Positions 41,191 to 50,320 of a DNA stretch of 54,763 nt are shown piece after piece. The DNA comes from Candidatus Omnitrophota bacterium (GTDB lineage: Bacteria; Omnitrophota; Gorgyraeia; Duberdicusellales; Duberdicusellaceae). The DNA lies in the NCBI GenBank assembly GCA_021163425.1, contig JAGGWS010000057.1, forward strand, positions 1 to 54,763, in the 5' to 3' direction. Every line of letters begins with the position of its first letter. Position 1 is the first letter of the stretch. A model generated the notes under the pieces. The model was not told the origin of the DNA. It did no database searches and worked only from the letters and a program-made list of their open reading frames with translations. Position numbers and translations under genes: made by a program.

Positions 41191-42243
41191 ATGGTAGATA
41201 TAAAAAGTTTACTTAAGCTTACTATGGAAATTGGAGCCTCTGACCTCCATCTTACAGTTAATAGTCCCCCTGTATTGCGAATAGACGGCAAACTCCGTGT
41301 AAGAAATGATTTAGAAGTCCTTGATAAGGATAAACTTAAGAATCTAATCTATTCTATTCTTACTAATTCCCAAAAAGAAAAGTTTGAACAGGATAAAGAA
41401 TTAGATTTTTCTTTTGCGCCTTCAGGTTTAGATAGGTTCAGGGTTAATGTCCATTATCAGCGAGGAAATGTAGAGGCAGCCTTTCGAAGGGTCCCGATTA
41501 AGATCCCTAAATTAAGAGAATTAGGCTTACCTCAAATTGTGGAAGAATTAGTACGCAAACCTAACGGGCTTATCCTGGTTACCGGTCCTACTGGTATGGG
41601 TAAAAGCACTACCTTAGCAGCAATGATAGACTTAATCAATGAGGAAAGAGAAGAAGTTATAATCTGTATTGAAGATCCTATTGAATTTGTTCATCCTAAC
41701 AAGAAAAGTATTATTAAACAAAGAGAGGTTTATGCTGATACCCATTCTTTTGCTGAGGCTTTGAAAAGAGCTTTAAGACAGGACCCTGATGTTATTGTAG
41801 TAGGAGAGATGCGAGATTTAGAGACAATTGCTACTACTCTTACTGCTGCTGAAACTGGACATTTAGTCTTAGCTACCCTTCATACTCCTGATGCTCCCCA
41901 AACAATAGAAAGAATAATAGATGTTTTTCCTCCTTATCAACAGAGGCAGGTAAGATTACAATTAGGTAACTGTTTGCAGGGAGTAATTTCTCAACTTCTT
42001 CTTCCTCATCTAAGTGGAAGGGGTCGAGTTTTAGCAACTGAGATTATGGTGGCTACTCCCGGGATAAGAAACTTGATAAGGGAAGGAGAGATTGCCCAAA
42101 TTCCTACTTTAATTCAGACTGGAGCTCAATATGGGATGAGAACCATGGATAAATGTTTAAAAGAACTATATACTGGAAAGTTGATATCTTACGAGGCTGC
42201 AATAGGTAAAGTTAAAAATATAGAAGAGTTCAAGATTTTATGA
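41191..42243 (+). CDS. pilT: Type IV pilus retraction ATPase PilT
   Basis: ASDLHL, RFRVN, Walker A GPTGMGKST, EDPIE, LRQDPDVIVVGEMRD, His box TGHLVLATLH, GIRNLIRE. Confidence 0.93.
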   Translation: MVDIKSLLKLTMEIGASDLHLTVNSPPVLRIDGKLRVRNDLEVLDKDKLKNLIYSILTNSQKEKFEQDKELDFSFAPSGLDRFRVNVHYQRGNVEAAFRRVPIKIPKLRELGLPQIVEELVRKPNGLILVTGPTGMGKSTTLAAMIDLINEEREEVIICIEDPIEFVHPNKKSIIKQREVYADTHSFAEALKRALRQDPDVIVVGEMRDLETIATTLTAAETGHLVLATLHTPDAPQTIERIIDVFPPYQQRQVRLQLGNCLQGVISQLLLPHLSGRGRVLATEIMVATPGIRNLIREGEIAQIPTLIQTGAQYGMRTMDKCLKELYTGKLISYEAAIGKVKNIEEFKIL

Positions 42244-42746
42244 GTTATAAAGGATTTGTTTATAAATTTTCAGATAACATAAATACTGACTTTATAATTT
42301 CGGGAAGATATAAATTTTCAATTACTGATTTAAAAGAGCTTTCTCAATATATTTTTGAAGACATCAGACCTAATTTTTCTAAGGAGATTAAGCGAGGTAA
42401 AAGCATTATCGTTGCTGGAGAGAATTTTGGAATGGGGTCTTCCCGGGAACAAGCCCCCTGGGTGATAAAGGAAGCAGGTATTATCTGTGTGGTAGCTAAG
42501 AGTTTTGCCCGGATATTTTACCGGAATAGTTTTAATATTGGTTTACCTTTAATCGAGGCTGATATATCTGAGATTTGTGAAGGAGATTTATTAGAAATAG
42601 ATGTAGATAAAGGATTAATAAAAGATTTGTCTCAGAATTTACAGGTAAGGTTTTCACCCTGGAGTAAATTTCAGAAAGAGTTAATTAGAGCAGGGGGGAT
42701 AATTAATTATTTAGAAAAGCATAAGGGGTTTCCTTCAGAGTTATGA
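42240..42746 (+). CDS. LeuD/HacB-family hydro-lyase small subunit
   Basis: NINTDFIISGRY, AGENFGMGSSREQA, SFARIFYRN, AGGI. Confidence 0.9.
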   Translation: MSYKGFVYKFSDNINTDFIISGRYKFSITDLKELSQYIFEDIRPNFSKEIKRGKSIIVAGENFGMGSSREQAPWVIKEAGIICVVAKSFARIFYRNSFNIGLPLIEADISEICEGDLLEIDVDKGLIKDLSQNLQVRFSPWSKFQKELIRAGGIINYLEKHKGFPSEL

Positions 42747-43840
42747 ATAAGGTTTATAGAATTACCTTGATTGAAGGAGATGGGATAGGACCGGAGGTAG
42801 TAAAGGCTGCTAAGTTATGTGTAGAAGCAACCGGTTTAAAGGTAGAGTGGGAAGAAAGGTTTTTAGGCAGGATAGCTCAGGAAAAAATAGGCCAGCTTAT
42901 TCCTGAAGAGACTTTAGATTCAATAAGAAAGAATAAGGTAGCTTTGAAAGGTCCGGTTACAACGCCGGTAGGAGAAGGGTTTAGGTCGGTTAATGTAGAG
43001 TTGAGAAGAAAGCTTGATTTATATGTTAATTTGAGGCCGGTGAAATCCTGGCCAGTTTTAATTTCACCTTTTAAAGATAGGAAGATAGATATAGTCGTGG
43101 TTAGAGAGAATACCGAAGATTTATATGCCGGGATAGAATTTAATTCTGAAGACGATTTTTTCCCTTCTTTAGCTTGTGAGCTTGAGAAAAGAGGCTTAAG
43201 CACAAAAAAAGAGAAAGCTATTTCTTTAAAGATTATTTCTGAGGAGAATTCCCGGAGAATTATAAGATTCGCTTTTGACTATGCTCGAGAAAATAAAAGA
43301 AGAAAGGTGGCTTGTATTCATAAAGCTAATATTTTAAAGTTTACCGACGGCTTATTCCTTAAAATATTCTATGAAGAAGCAGAGAATTTTCCTGAGGTCA
43401 TTTCCGAAGATTATATAATAGATAATTTCTGTATGCAGGTTGTGTTAAGGCCAGAAAATTTCGATGTCTTGGTTTTACCTAATCTTTATGGAGATATAGT
43501 TTCTGATTTATGTGCCGGATTAGCAGGAGGATTGGGGTTGGCTCCGGGAGCTAATATTGGAAAAGATTGTGCAGTTTTTGAGCCGGTCCATGGTTCAGCT
43601 CCTAAACACGCCGGTAAAAATAAAGTAAATCCTATAGCCACAATACTCTCAGCTGCTCTTATGCTTAAATATCTCGAGCAAGAAGAAAAAGCTGAAAAAA
43701 TAGAGAGGGCAATAGAAGAAGTTATTAAAGAAGGTAAATTTCTTACCTATGATTTAAAGCCTACCCGCAGTGACCCTACCAGTGTAGGCACTCTCCAGAT
43801 GGCTGAGGCTATTGCCGATAAGATAAAGTCTTTTAAATAA
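42743..43840 (+). CDS. Isocitrate/isopropylmalate dehydrogenase family protein, IDH-like
   Basis: GDGIGPE, KGPVTTPVGEGFRSVNV, RENTED, HKANI, NLYGDIVSD, FEPVHGSAPK. Confidence 0.85.
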   Translation: MNKVYRITLIEGDGIGPEVVKAAKLCVEATGLKVEWEERFLGRIAQEKIGQLIPEETLDSIRKNKVALKGPVTTPVGEGFRSVNVELRRKLDLYVNLRPVKSWPVLISPFKDRKIDIVVVRENTEDLYAGIEFNSEDDFFPSLACELEKRGLSTKKEKAISLKIISEENSRRIIRFAFDYARENKRRKVACIHKANILKFTDGLFLKIFYEEAENFPEVISEDYIIDNFCMQVVLRPENFDVLVLPNLYGDIVSDLCAGLAGGLGLAPGANIGKDCAVFEPVHGSAPKHAGKNKVNPIATILSAALMLKYLEQEEKAEKIERAIEEVIKEGKFLTYDLKPTRSDPTSVGTLQMAEAIADKIKSFK

Positions 43841-43844
43841 GGGT

Positions 43845-44765
43845 ATGGTAGCTGGTAAAATTTCTATAATAGGAGCAGGAGAAGTAGGAAGAAATATAGC
43901 TTTTTTGGTAGTAATAAAAAACTTAGCTGAAGAGCTTGTTTTAGTAGATATTCAAAAGGATTTGGCTAAAGGTTTGTCTTTAGATTTAGAAGACAGCAGG
44001 TTTTTCTTTTCCTCTAATACTAAAGTTTTGGCTGTAGATAATTTAAAATACACAAAATCTTCAAATATAGTAGTAGTCTCTGCCGGTAGACCGAGAATTC
44101 CTGGTATGAGCAGGGAAGACCTTATTAAGTTCAATTCAGAAGTAGTGAGAGATATTGCCAGGGATCTTAAAAAGTATGCTCCTAATTCAATTATTATTGT
44201 AGTTACTAACCCGGTAGATTTGATGACTTATCTGGTTTTAAAAACTACTGGTTTCTCTCATAAAAAAGTAATGGGGATGGGGGTTTCTTTAGATTCAGCG
44301 CGTTTAGCCAATATTATAACTAAGAAATTACCTGTAAATATTTCTAACTTCAATCCTTTAGTATTAGGAGCTCACGGAAAAAATATGCTAATTTCTGAAC
44401 TAAGTTCTTTATATGGGTTTAAGTTATCTAATTTTTTGAGCAAGAAGGAGTTAAAGGAAATCAAAAAGACTACTATAAACAGGGGTGCAGAGATTGTGAG
44501 TTTTCTTAAAAAAGGGAGTGCAAGATTTGCTCCGGCTGTAGCTGTATTTAAGTTGTTAGAAGCGATTGTTTTAGATAAGAAAGAATTGAGTCTCTGCTCA
44601 GCATATTTGAAGGGTGAGTTTTCTCTTAGAGATGTATGTTTAGGTGTTCCAGTTATACTAGGTAAAGAAGGTATAGAGAAAATCTTAGAAATTCCCCTCT
44701 CTAAGGAAGAAATTACTTTCCTTAGAAAAGCCCAGAGAGAGTTTAAGAAAAAGAAGTTCTTCTAA
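43845..44765 (+). CDS. mdh: Malate dehydrogenase (LDH-like fold)
   Basis: GAGEVG, AGRPRIPGMSREDL (MDH-type Arg), VTNPVD, LDSAR, GAHG, GAEIV. Confidence 0.88.
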   Translation: MVAGKISIIGAGEVGRNIAFLVVIKNLAEELVLVDIQKDLAKGLSLDLEDSRFFFSSNTKVLAVDNLKYTKSSNIVVVSAGRPRIPGMSREDLIKFNSEVVRDIARDLKKYAPNSIIIVVTNPVDLMTYLVLKTTGFSHKKVMGMGVSLDSARLANIITKKLPVNISNFNPLVLGAHGKNMLISELSSLYGFKLSNFLSKKELKEIKKTTINRGAEIVSFLKKGSARFAPAVAVFKLLEAIVLDKKELSLCSAYLKGEFSLRDVCLGVPVILGKEGIEKILEIPLSKEEITFLRKAQREFKKKKFF

Positions 44766-44790
44766 ATACCAGTAAATTACTCCGGTTTCG

Positions 44791-44824
44791 TGACAAAATG
44801 TTTTCAAAATAAAATATCAAGTTA
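44791..44824. repeat. Degenerate copy of palindrome A
   Basis: TGACAAAATGTTTTCAAAATAAAATATCAAGTTA is 29/34 identical to 5020-5053. Confidence 0.8.
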
Positions 44825-44926
44825 AAGGAGGCGGGTTTCACCCATTCATCCATGCCTTTCTGGTGGTACAGAGTATTTACATTTTCAATTCCTTCTAAAA
44901 ATTTCTTAGAGTTTCTAATAAAAATC

Positions 44927-44955
44927 TTGTGAAAAACTAAGATAAATAGTATAAT
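44927..44955 (+). promoter_or_regulatory. Putative sigma70 promoter for the response regulator/HD-GYP cluster
   Basis: TTGTGA-17bp-TATAAT. Confidence 0.55.
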
Positions 44956-44982
44956 TTTCTGATTTTTCAAGAAATAAAATTT

Positions 44983-45354
44983 ATGGAAAAGAACAAGAAA
45001 AAAATCTTAGTGGTAGAAGATGAAGAAGAAATTATTGAATTTCTTAAAAATTTTTTAAGGCGGAGAAAGATAGAAGTTTATTTAGCTAAGAGTGGCTTAG
45101 AAGCTTTAGATGTATTTGAAAAAGAAAGTCCTGATTTAGTCCTTTTAGATATCGGGATACCCCAGATAGATGGCTTAGAAGTCTTAAGAGAAATAAAAGA
45201 AAAGGTTCCTCAGACAAAAGTAATAATGGTTACGGGAAGAGCAGATAAAAAATCAATTTCTAAGGCTAAAAAATTATCTGCAGATGCCTATATCAATAAG
45301 CCTGTAGATTTGGCAGAATTATACTCAGTAATAGAAAAGTTTTTGAAAGCTTAA
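44983..45354 (+). CDS. Single-domain response regulator (CheY-like)
   Basis: ILVVEDE, LLDIGIP..DG, MVTG, YINKP. Confidence 0.93.
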   Translation: MEKNKKKILVVEDEEEIIEFLKNFLRRRKIEVYLAKSGLEALDVFEKESPDLVLLDIGIPQIDGLEVLREIKEKVPQTKVIMVTGRADKKSISKAKKLSADAYINKPVDLAELYSVIEKFLKA

Positions 45355-45383
45355 ATCTAGACTGTCATTTAAAAATTTTAGAA

Positions 45384-46556
45384 ATGTTTGATTACCGAAG
45401 AGAGTTAGAGAAAGCTGCCCGTCAGATGATTTTAATTCATGATACTCGTCTTCTTACCAAGCTTATATTAAGAACAGTTGTTAGAAGCCTTAAAATAAAA
45501 CATGCGGGTTTTTTTCTTTATCGTCGAGATAAAGACGATTATCTCTTGACAGTGTCTAAGGGAGAAAGAGGGTTAAGAGTCCCTGAAGGTTTTGCTAAAG
45601 TTAGTAAAAATAACCCTCTAATAAGATACTTTTTAGAAGAAGATAAAAAGATAAATAAAAATAACTTCCTTCTTTATGAAGAGCTCTCTGATTTTTTAAA
45701 GAAAGGTTATTTTAAAAAGAAAAAAGATTTAAGAGTTTTTTTTGAGGAGCTTAAATTTCAATTAGAATTATTTAAGGCAAAAGTCTGTATACCTGGTTTT
45801 TTCCGAAATAGACTTATAGGAATACTTTTCCTTGGAGATAAGATAAATAAGAAGACTTTTCTTCCTGAAGAATTAGGGTTTCTTTCAGTTTTAACCTCAG
45901 ATGTAGTAATGGCTGTTCAAAACGTCTGGCTTTTTGAAGATTTAAAGAGCCAGTTAGAGAAGAACAGAAACCTTTTTTTAAGTTTAGTAAAAGCTTTGGC
46001 TTCAGCCATTGAAGCTAAAGATAAATATACTTCAGGTCACACTGAAAGAGTAACTTCTTACGCTTTAATTTTATTGGAGGAAATTGCTAAAATGAAAAAG
46101 TTCTCTCCAAGTAGATATAAATCTTTAAGAGAAAAATTAAAGATAGCTTCTCTCTTACATGATATAGGAAAGATAGGAGTTTCTGAAAAGATATTAAATA
46201 AAAAAGGGTTTCTGACAAAAGAAGAAAGAAAGGAAATAGAAAAACATCCTCTTTTAGGTGCAGAAATTATGAAGCCAGTGGAAGAGTTTAAAGATATAAT
46301 TGAGGCAGTAAAACACCATCATGAACGATACGATGGAAAAGGTTATCCCGATGGACTCAAGGGGAGGAAAATACCTTTCTTATCAGCCATAATCTCTGTA
46401 GCTGATGCTTATGATGCTATGACTTCGGAAAGACCTTATCGTTCAGCTTTATCTAAAGAGGAAGCAATAAAAGTGGCTGAAAGTCAATCTAAAAAACAAT
46501 TTCATCCCTTGGTAGTTAAAGCTTTGTTAAAACTCTGCAAAAAGGGGAAATTATAA
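45384..46556 (+). CDS. GAF + HD-GYP cyclic-dinucleotide phosphodiesterase
   Basis: KDKYTSGHTERV, LHDIGK, HHERYDGKGYPDGL, VADAYDAMTSERPYR; GAF-like N-terminus. Confidence 0.9.
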   Translation: MFDYRRELEKAARQMILIHDTRLLTKLILRTVVRSLKIKHAGFFLYRRDKDDYLLTVSKGERGLRVPEGFAKVSKNNPLIRYFLEEDKKINKNNFLLYEELSDFLKKGYFKKKKDLRVFFEELKFQLELFKAKVCIPGFFRNRLIGILFLGDKINKKTFLPEELGFLSVLTSDVVMAVQNVWLFEDLKSQLEKNRNLFLSLVKALASAIEAKDKYTSGHTERVTSYALILLEEIAKMKKFSPSRYKSLREKLKIASLLHDIGKIGVSEKILNKKGFLTKEERKEIEKHPLLGAEIMKPVEEFKDIIEAVKHHHERYDGKGYPDGLKGRKIPFLSAIISVADAYDAMTSERPYRSALSKEEAIKVAESQSKKQFHPLVVKALLKLCKKGKL

Positions 46557-46558
46557 AC

Positions 46559-47698
46559 TTGAAGAAAAAAATCCTTATTCTTTATATCACTACTCTTTCC
46601 GGACACTATAAAGCAGCCAAAGCTATAGAAGAAGCCTTAAAGATTAAGGATCAAAATTGTGAAATTGTCTCTTTAGATATTTTAAGCTATTTACACCCTT
46701 ACTCTTCTAAGTTAGTAAATTTTCTCTACTCTTTAATGATAAAAAAATTACCCTTTTTCTGGGGGAGTGTTTATGACAAAAAAAACCTGGTAAAAGGCAT
46801 TGAACCATTTAAAAAAAGTCTCTATCATCACGACCTTAGAAAAATTGAAGATTTAATAATTAAGGAAAGTCCTCAGGCTGTGGTCTGTACTCAGGCTTTC
46901 CCCTGTAGTTTAGTAGCTTATCTTAAAGAAAAAAAACGCAGGAAATTTCCCTTAATTGGAGTAGTTACTGATTTTTGGCCTAATAGTTTCTGGTTTTCTC
47001 CGGAGGTAGATTATTATGTAATTGCTTTTGACTGGGTAAAAAAAAGATTTAAAGAGGCTGGTATAAAAGAATCAGCGGTTAAAACTCTAGGATTACCCAT
47101 AATGCCTGATTTTAATAAAGAATTTGATAAAAAAAAATTGAGTTTAGAGTTAGGGCTTTCTCCAGAACTGCCAACTATATTAGTTATGGGAGGAGGTTCA
47201 GGTTTAGGTCCTTTAGGGAGGATAGCTGAGATTTTAGATAATTCTAAATTAGAATTTCAATTAATTATTGTCTGTGGAAAAAATAAGAAACTTTATAACC
47301 TGCTTTTAAGCAAAAAGTTTAATAAATCTGTAAAAATATTTCCTTATACTGAAAATATCCCTAAATTTATGAGTTTTTCTGATATAATTATTACTAAATC
47401 CGGAGGAATTACCATAGCTGAAAGTTTAGCTAAGGGATTAGCTATTATAGTTTTTAAGCCGATACCTGGTCAGGAAGAGAAAAATTTAAAATTTTTAGTG
47501 AGGGAAAATCTTGTATTTAACGCAAAAAAACTTAGAGAAATTCTTTACATAGTGGAAAGGCTACTCTTAGATAGAGAGAAATTGAGAAGAGTTCAACGGA
47601 GAGCGCGTTCATTTTCTCAACCTGAGTCTTCTTTAAGGATAGCTGACTTAGTTCTGGAATCTATAAATGGTGAACTATTTTTTATACAGAATAGCTAA
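46559..47698 (+). CDS. UgtP/MGDG-synthase family glycosyltransferase (GT28)
   Basis: SGHYKAAKA, VVTDF, GLPI, MGGGSG, VCGKN, ITKSGG.TIAE, PIPGQEEKN. Confidence 0.87.
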   Translation: MKKKILILYITTLSGHYKAAKAIEEALKIKDQNCEIVSLDILSYLHPYSSKLVNFLYSLMIKKLPFFWGSVYDKKNLVKGIEPFKKSLYHHDLRKIEDLIIKESPQAVVCTQAFPCSLVAYLKEKKRRKFPLIGVVTDFWPNSFWFSPEVDYYVIAFDWVKKRFKEAGIKESAVKTLGLPIMPDFNKEFDKKKLSLELGLSPELPTILVMGGGSGLGPLGRIAEILDNSKLEFQLIIVCGKNKKLYNLLLSKKFNKSVKIFPYTENIPKFMSFSDIIITKSGGITIAESLAKGLAIIVFKPIPGQEEKNLKFLVRENLVFNAKKLREILYIVERLLLDREKLRRVQRRARSFSQPESSLRIADLVLESINGELFFIQNS

Positions 47699-48524
47699 AT
47701 TCTTAGCTATAATTTTGCCTCGCAAGATTAGTTATTCTTTAGCCTCTTTTCTGGCTCAGCTTCGTTTCTATTTTTCCCCTAGAGATAGAAAGGCTGTTAT
47801 CTACAATATTAAAAGAGTAGTTGGCCAATCTTCAGAGAAAGATATTAGACAAATTTCTAAAAAAGTATTTATAAATTTTGGGAAGTATTTGGTAGATTTT
47901 TTCAGATTCTCTAAGTTAGATGAAGGTTTTATAAAAAAATATGTTAAGATAAGGAACTTGAATTATCTAGATGAGGCTCTTTCCCAATTTAGTGGAGCTA
48001 TAGCTCTAACCGCCCATTTGGGGAATTGGGAATTAGGAGGAGCAATAGTAGGAAAATTAGGCTATCCTTTATATGTTATTGCCCTTCCTCACCAAAACCC
48101 CAAGGTGAACCGTTTTTTTGACTCTCAGAGAAATTTGTGTGGAGTAGAAGTAATTCCTGTGGGTTTAGCGCTAAGAAAGTGTTTTAGGATTTTGAAGAAT
48201 AAGAAGATTATAGCCTTATTAGGAGATAGAGATTTTGGCAAGGATGGTTTATCTTTAAAATTTTGCACAAGGTTAGCTTCTATACCTCAGGGAGCAGCTG
48301 TCTTTTCTATCAAGACAAAAGTTCCTGTTATCCCGGCTTTCTTTATCCGGAATTTAGATGATACATTCTCTTTAATATTTGAAAAACCCATTCTTCCCTT
48401 TGATAGTCAGGGAAGACTCAGAGATAAAGAGAAATTATTGAAAGAATATGTTAGAATAATTGAAGATTATGTGCGAAGATATCCTGAGCAGTGGTATATG
48501 TTTCAACCCTTTTTTAAGGAGTAA
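47667..48524 (+). CDS. LpxL/PatA-family lysophospholipid (glycolipid) acyltransferase
   Basis: AHLGNWELGG, LLGDRDF, PEQWYMF. Confidence 0.87.
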   Translation: MVNYFLYRIAKFLAIILPRKISYSLASFLAQLRFYFSPRDRKAVIYNIKRVVGQSSEKDIRQISKKVFINFGKYLVDFFRFSKLDEGFIKKYVKIRNLNYLDEALSQFSGAIALTAHLGNWELGGAIVGKLGYPLYVIALPHQNPKVNRFFDSQRNLCGVEVIPVGLALRKCFRILKNKKIIALLGDRDFGKDGLSLKFCTRLASIPQGAAVFSIKTKVPVIPAFFIRNLDDTFSLIFEKPILPFDSQGRLRDKEKLLKEYVRIIEDYVRRYPEQWYMFQPFFKE

Positions 48525-48529
48525 TCTCT

Positions 48530-49189
48530 ATGAAAGTCTGGATAGTGATTCCTGCTTTTAATGAAGGAAAGACAATAGAGATTTTAGTTAGAAAAGTTAA
48601 AGATAAGTCTTTGCCGGTAATAGTAATAGATGATGGCTCTCAGGATAATACTTATTCTAAAGCCTTAGAAGCTGGGGCGGATACAGTGTTAAGAAATAAA
48701 AAAAACTTAGGTAAGGGAGCATCATTAAGAAAAGTTTTTACTTACTTAATAAATAATAATTTAGATTGTGATGCGGTTATAATTATGGATGCTGATGCTC
48801 AACATTTACCTGAAGAATTAGATTTATTTATAGAAAAACTAAAAAAAGGTTCTCACTTTATTGTAGGTAACAGACTTTCTTTTCCTTTGGGGATGCCTTT
48901 AATTCGGCTTATTACTAATAAGTTAATGTCTTACATAATTTCTAAAAAGATTAAGCAAGAGGTTCCCGATACTCAATGTGGGTTTAAGGCAATTAGAAGA
49001 GAGGTTTTTGAGAAGTTGAGCCTTAAGACTTCTAAGTATGAGATTGATTCAGAGTTGATTATAAAGTCAGCCTTTTTAGGCTATAGGATAGAGTCAGTTC
49101 CTATAAAGAGTGTTTATCGGGAACAACGAAGTAATATCAATCCTTTCTGGGACACTTTTCGTTTTATAAGATTTATTTTAACAGTCTGA
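48530..49189 (+). CDS. GT2 glycosyltransferase (DPM-synthase-like)
   Basis: IPAFNE, DDGSQD, NLGKG, MDADAQH, DTQCGFK. Confidence 0.9.
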   Translation: MKVWIVIPAFNEGKTIEILVRKVKDKSLPVIVIDDGSQDNTYSKALEAGADTVLRNKKNLGKGASLRKVFTYLINNNLDCDAVIIMDADAQHLPEELDLFIEKLKKGSHFIVGNRLSFPLGMPLIRLITNKLMSYIISKKIKQEVPDTQCGFKAIRREVFEKLSLKTSKYEIDSELIIKSAFLGYRIESVPIKSVYREQRSNINPFWDTFRFIRFILTV

Positions 49190-49833
49190 TGAGGAAAAAT
49201 TATTCAGACCTCAGAAGGAAGATGGTAGAAGAACAGATAATTGCACGAGGAATAAAAGATGAGAGAATAATTTCTGCTTTCTTAGAAATACCCCGGGAAG
49301 AGTTTATCCCTTGCGAATTTAGAGATTTAGCTTACCGGGATTTCCCTTTATCTATTGGTTGTGGTCAAACTATTTCTCAGCCTTATATGGTGGCTTTAAT
49401 GACTGAAGTTTTGAGTCCTTTACCAGGAGAGAAAATTTTAGAAGTAGGTACTGGTTCAGGTTATCAGTCAGCAATCTTAGCTTATTTAGGAGCTAAAGTA
49501 TTTACTATAGAAAGAATTTCTGAATTAGCTAAAAAAGCCCAAGAAACTTTAGCCCGTTTAGGTTATTATGTTCGGATAAGAGTAGGTGATGGTACCTTAG
49601 GCTGGAAAGAAGAAGCCCCTTTTACAGGCATTATCGTGACGGCTGGTGTAGATAAAATACCTCCACCTTTGATGGAACAGTTAGCGATAGGAGGCAGAAT
49701 GGTCATACCTTTAGGAGGAAGGCTTTCTCAAGTTTTGACTAAAATAGAAAAGTTTGCTGAAAGTAATTTTGGAAAGGAAGAAATTTGTAGCTGTATATTT
49801 GTCCCTTTACTGGGAAAATATGGTTATTCCTGA
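49189..49833 (+). CDS. pcm: Protein-L-isoaspartate O-methyltransferase
   Basis: IPREEF, GQTISQPYMVA, LEVGTGSGY, GDGTLGW, FVPL. Confidence 0.96.
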   Translation: MRKNYSDLRRKMVEEQIIARGIKDERIISAFLEIPREEFIPCEFRDLAYRDFPLSIGCGQTISQPYMVALMTEVLSPLPGEKILEVGTGSGYQSAILAYLGAKVFTIERISELAKKAQETLARLGYYVRIRVGDGTLGWKEEAPFTGIIVTAGVDKIPPPLMEQLAIGGRMVIPLGGRLSQVLTKIEKFAESNFGKEEICSCIFVPLLGKYGYS

Positions 49834-49842
49834 CAATAAACT

Positions 49843-50319
49843 ATGTCTGATCGATTAATAATCTTTTTAGTATCTATGTCTCCTTTTTTAGAACTGAGAG
49901 GTTCTATCCCCTTAGGATTAGCGAAGGGGTTAAGTTTAAAAGAAATTTTTTTCATTTCAATAATAGCTAATATAATTGTAATTATCCCTTTATTATTGTT
50001 TTTTAAGTTTTTAATAAGAATTTGCGAAAAATTAAAATTCTTGAATAAACTCCTATCCTGGTGGTTTACTAAAATAGAAAAGAGATACTATCTGGTGGAA
50101 AAATATGGATTTTTGGGTTTATTCTTATTTGTAGTTATCCCTTTGCCAGGCTCAGGAGCTTGGAGTGGATGCTTAGCTGCCTGTCTATTTAAAGTAAGAT
50201 TCTTTAAGGCATTTGTAGCTGTAGCCTTAGGAGTAATAGGAGCCGGAATACTGGTAAGTATTGGCTCATTAGGAGTATTTAAATTTTATTCATTTTTGAA
50301 AGACTTACTCTTTTTCTAA
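49843..50319 (+). CDS. Putative small multidrug export family membrane protein (COG2426-like)
   Basis: PFLELRGSIP, FVVIPLPGSGAWSG. Confidence 0.82.
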   Translation: MSDRLIIFLVSMSPFLELRGSIPLGLAKGLSLKEIFFISIIANIIVIIPLLLFFKFLIRICEKLKFLNKLLSWWFTKIEKRYYLVEKYGFLGLFLFVVIPLPGSGAWSGCLAACLFKVRFFKAFVAVALGVIGAGILVSIGSLGVFKFYSFLKDLLFF

Positions 50320-50320
50320 A

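Noticed and set aside
39923-43840. Straightforward leuC-leuD-leuB annotation
   Set aside because: The dehydrogenase has an IDH-type substrate loop, the neighbour is mdh, and no leuA is present; symbols were withheld
998-44134. Numerous short minus-strand ORFs (e.g. 998-1246, 24367-24834, 30169-30498, 42877-43203) and the + ORFs 27840-28043 and 34506-34715
   Set aside because: They are shadow frames overlapping conserved genes and show no recognisable motifs
44825-44870. Hammerhead ribozyme or group II intron domain V on the minus strand (GGATGAA..GAAAC)
   Set aside because: It lacks the CUGAUGA core and the required helices
44743-44970. 75-aa minus-strand ORF
   Set aside because: It runs through repeat and promoter sequence, has no protein features, and overlaps the mdh end
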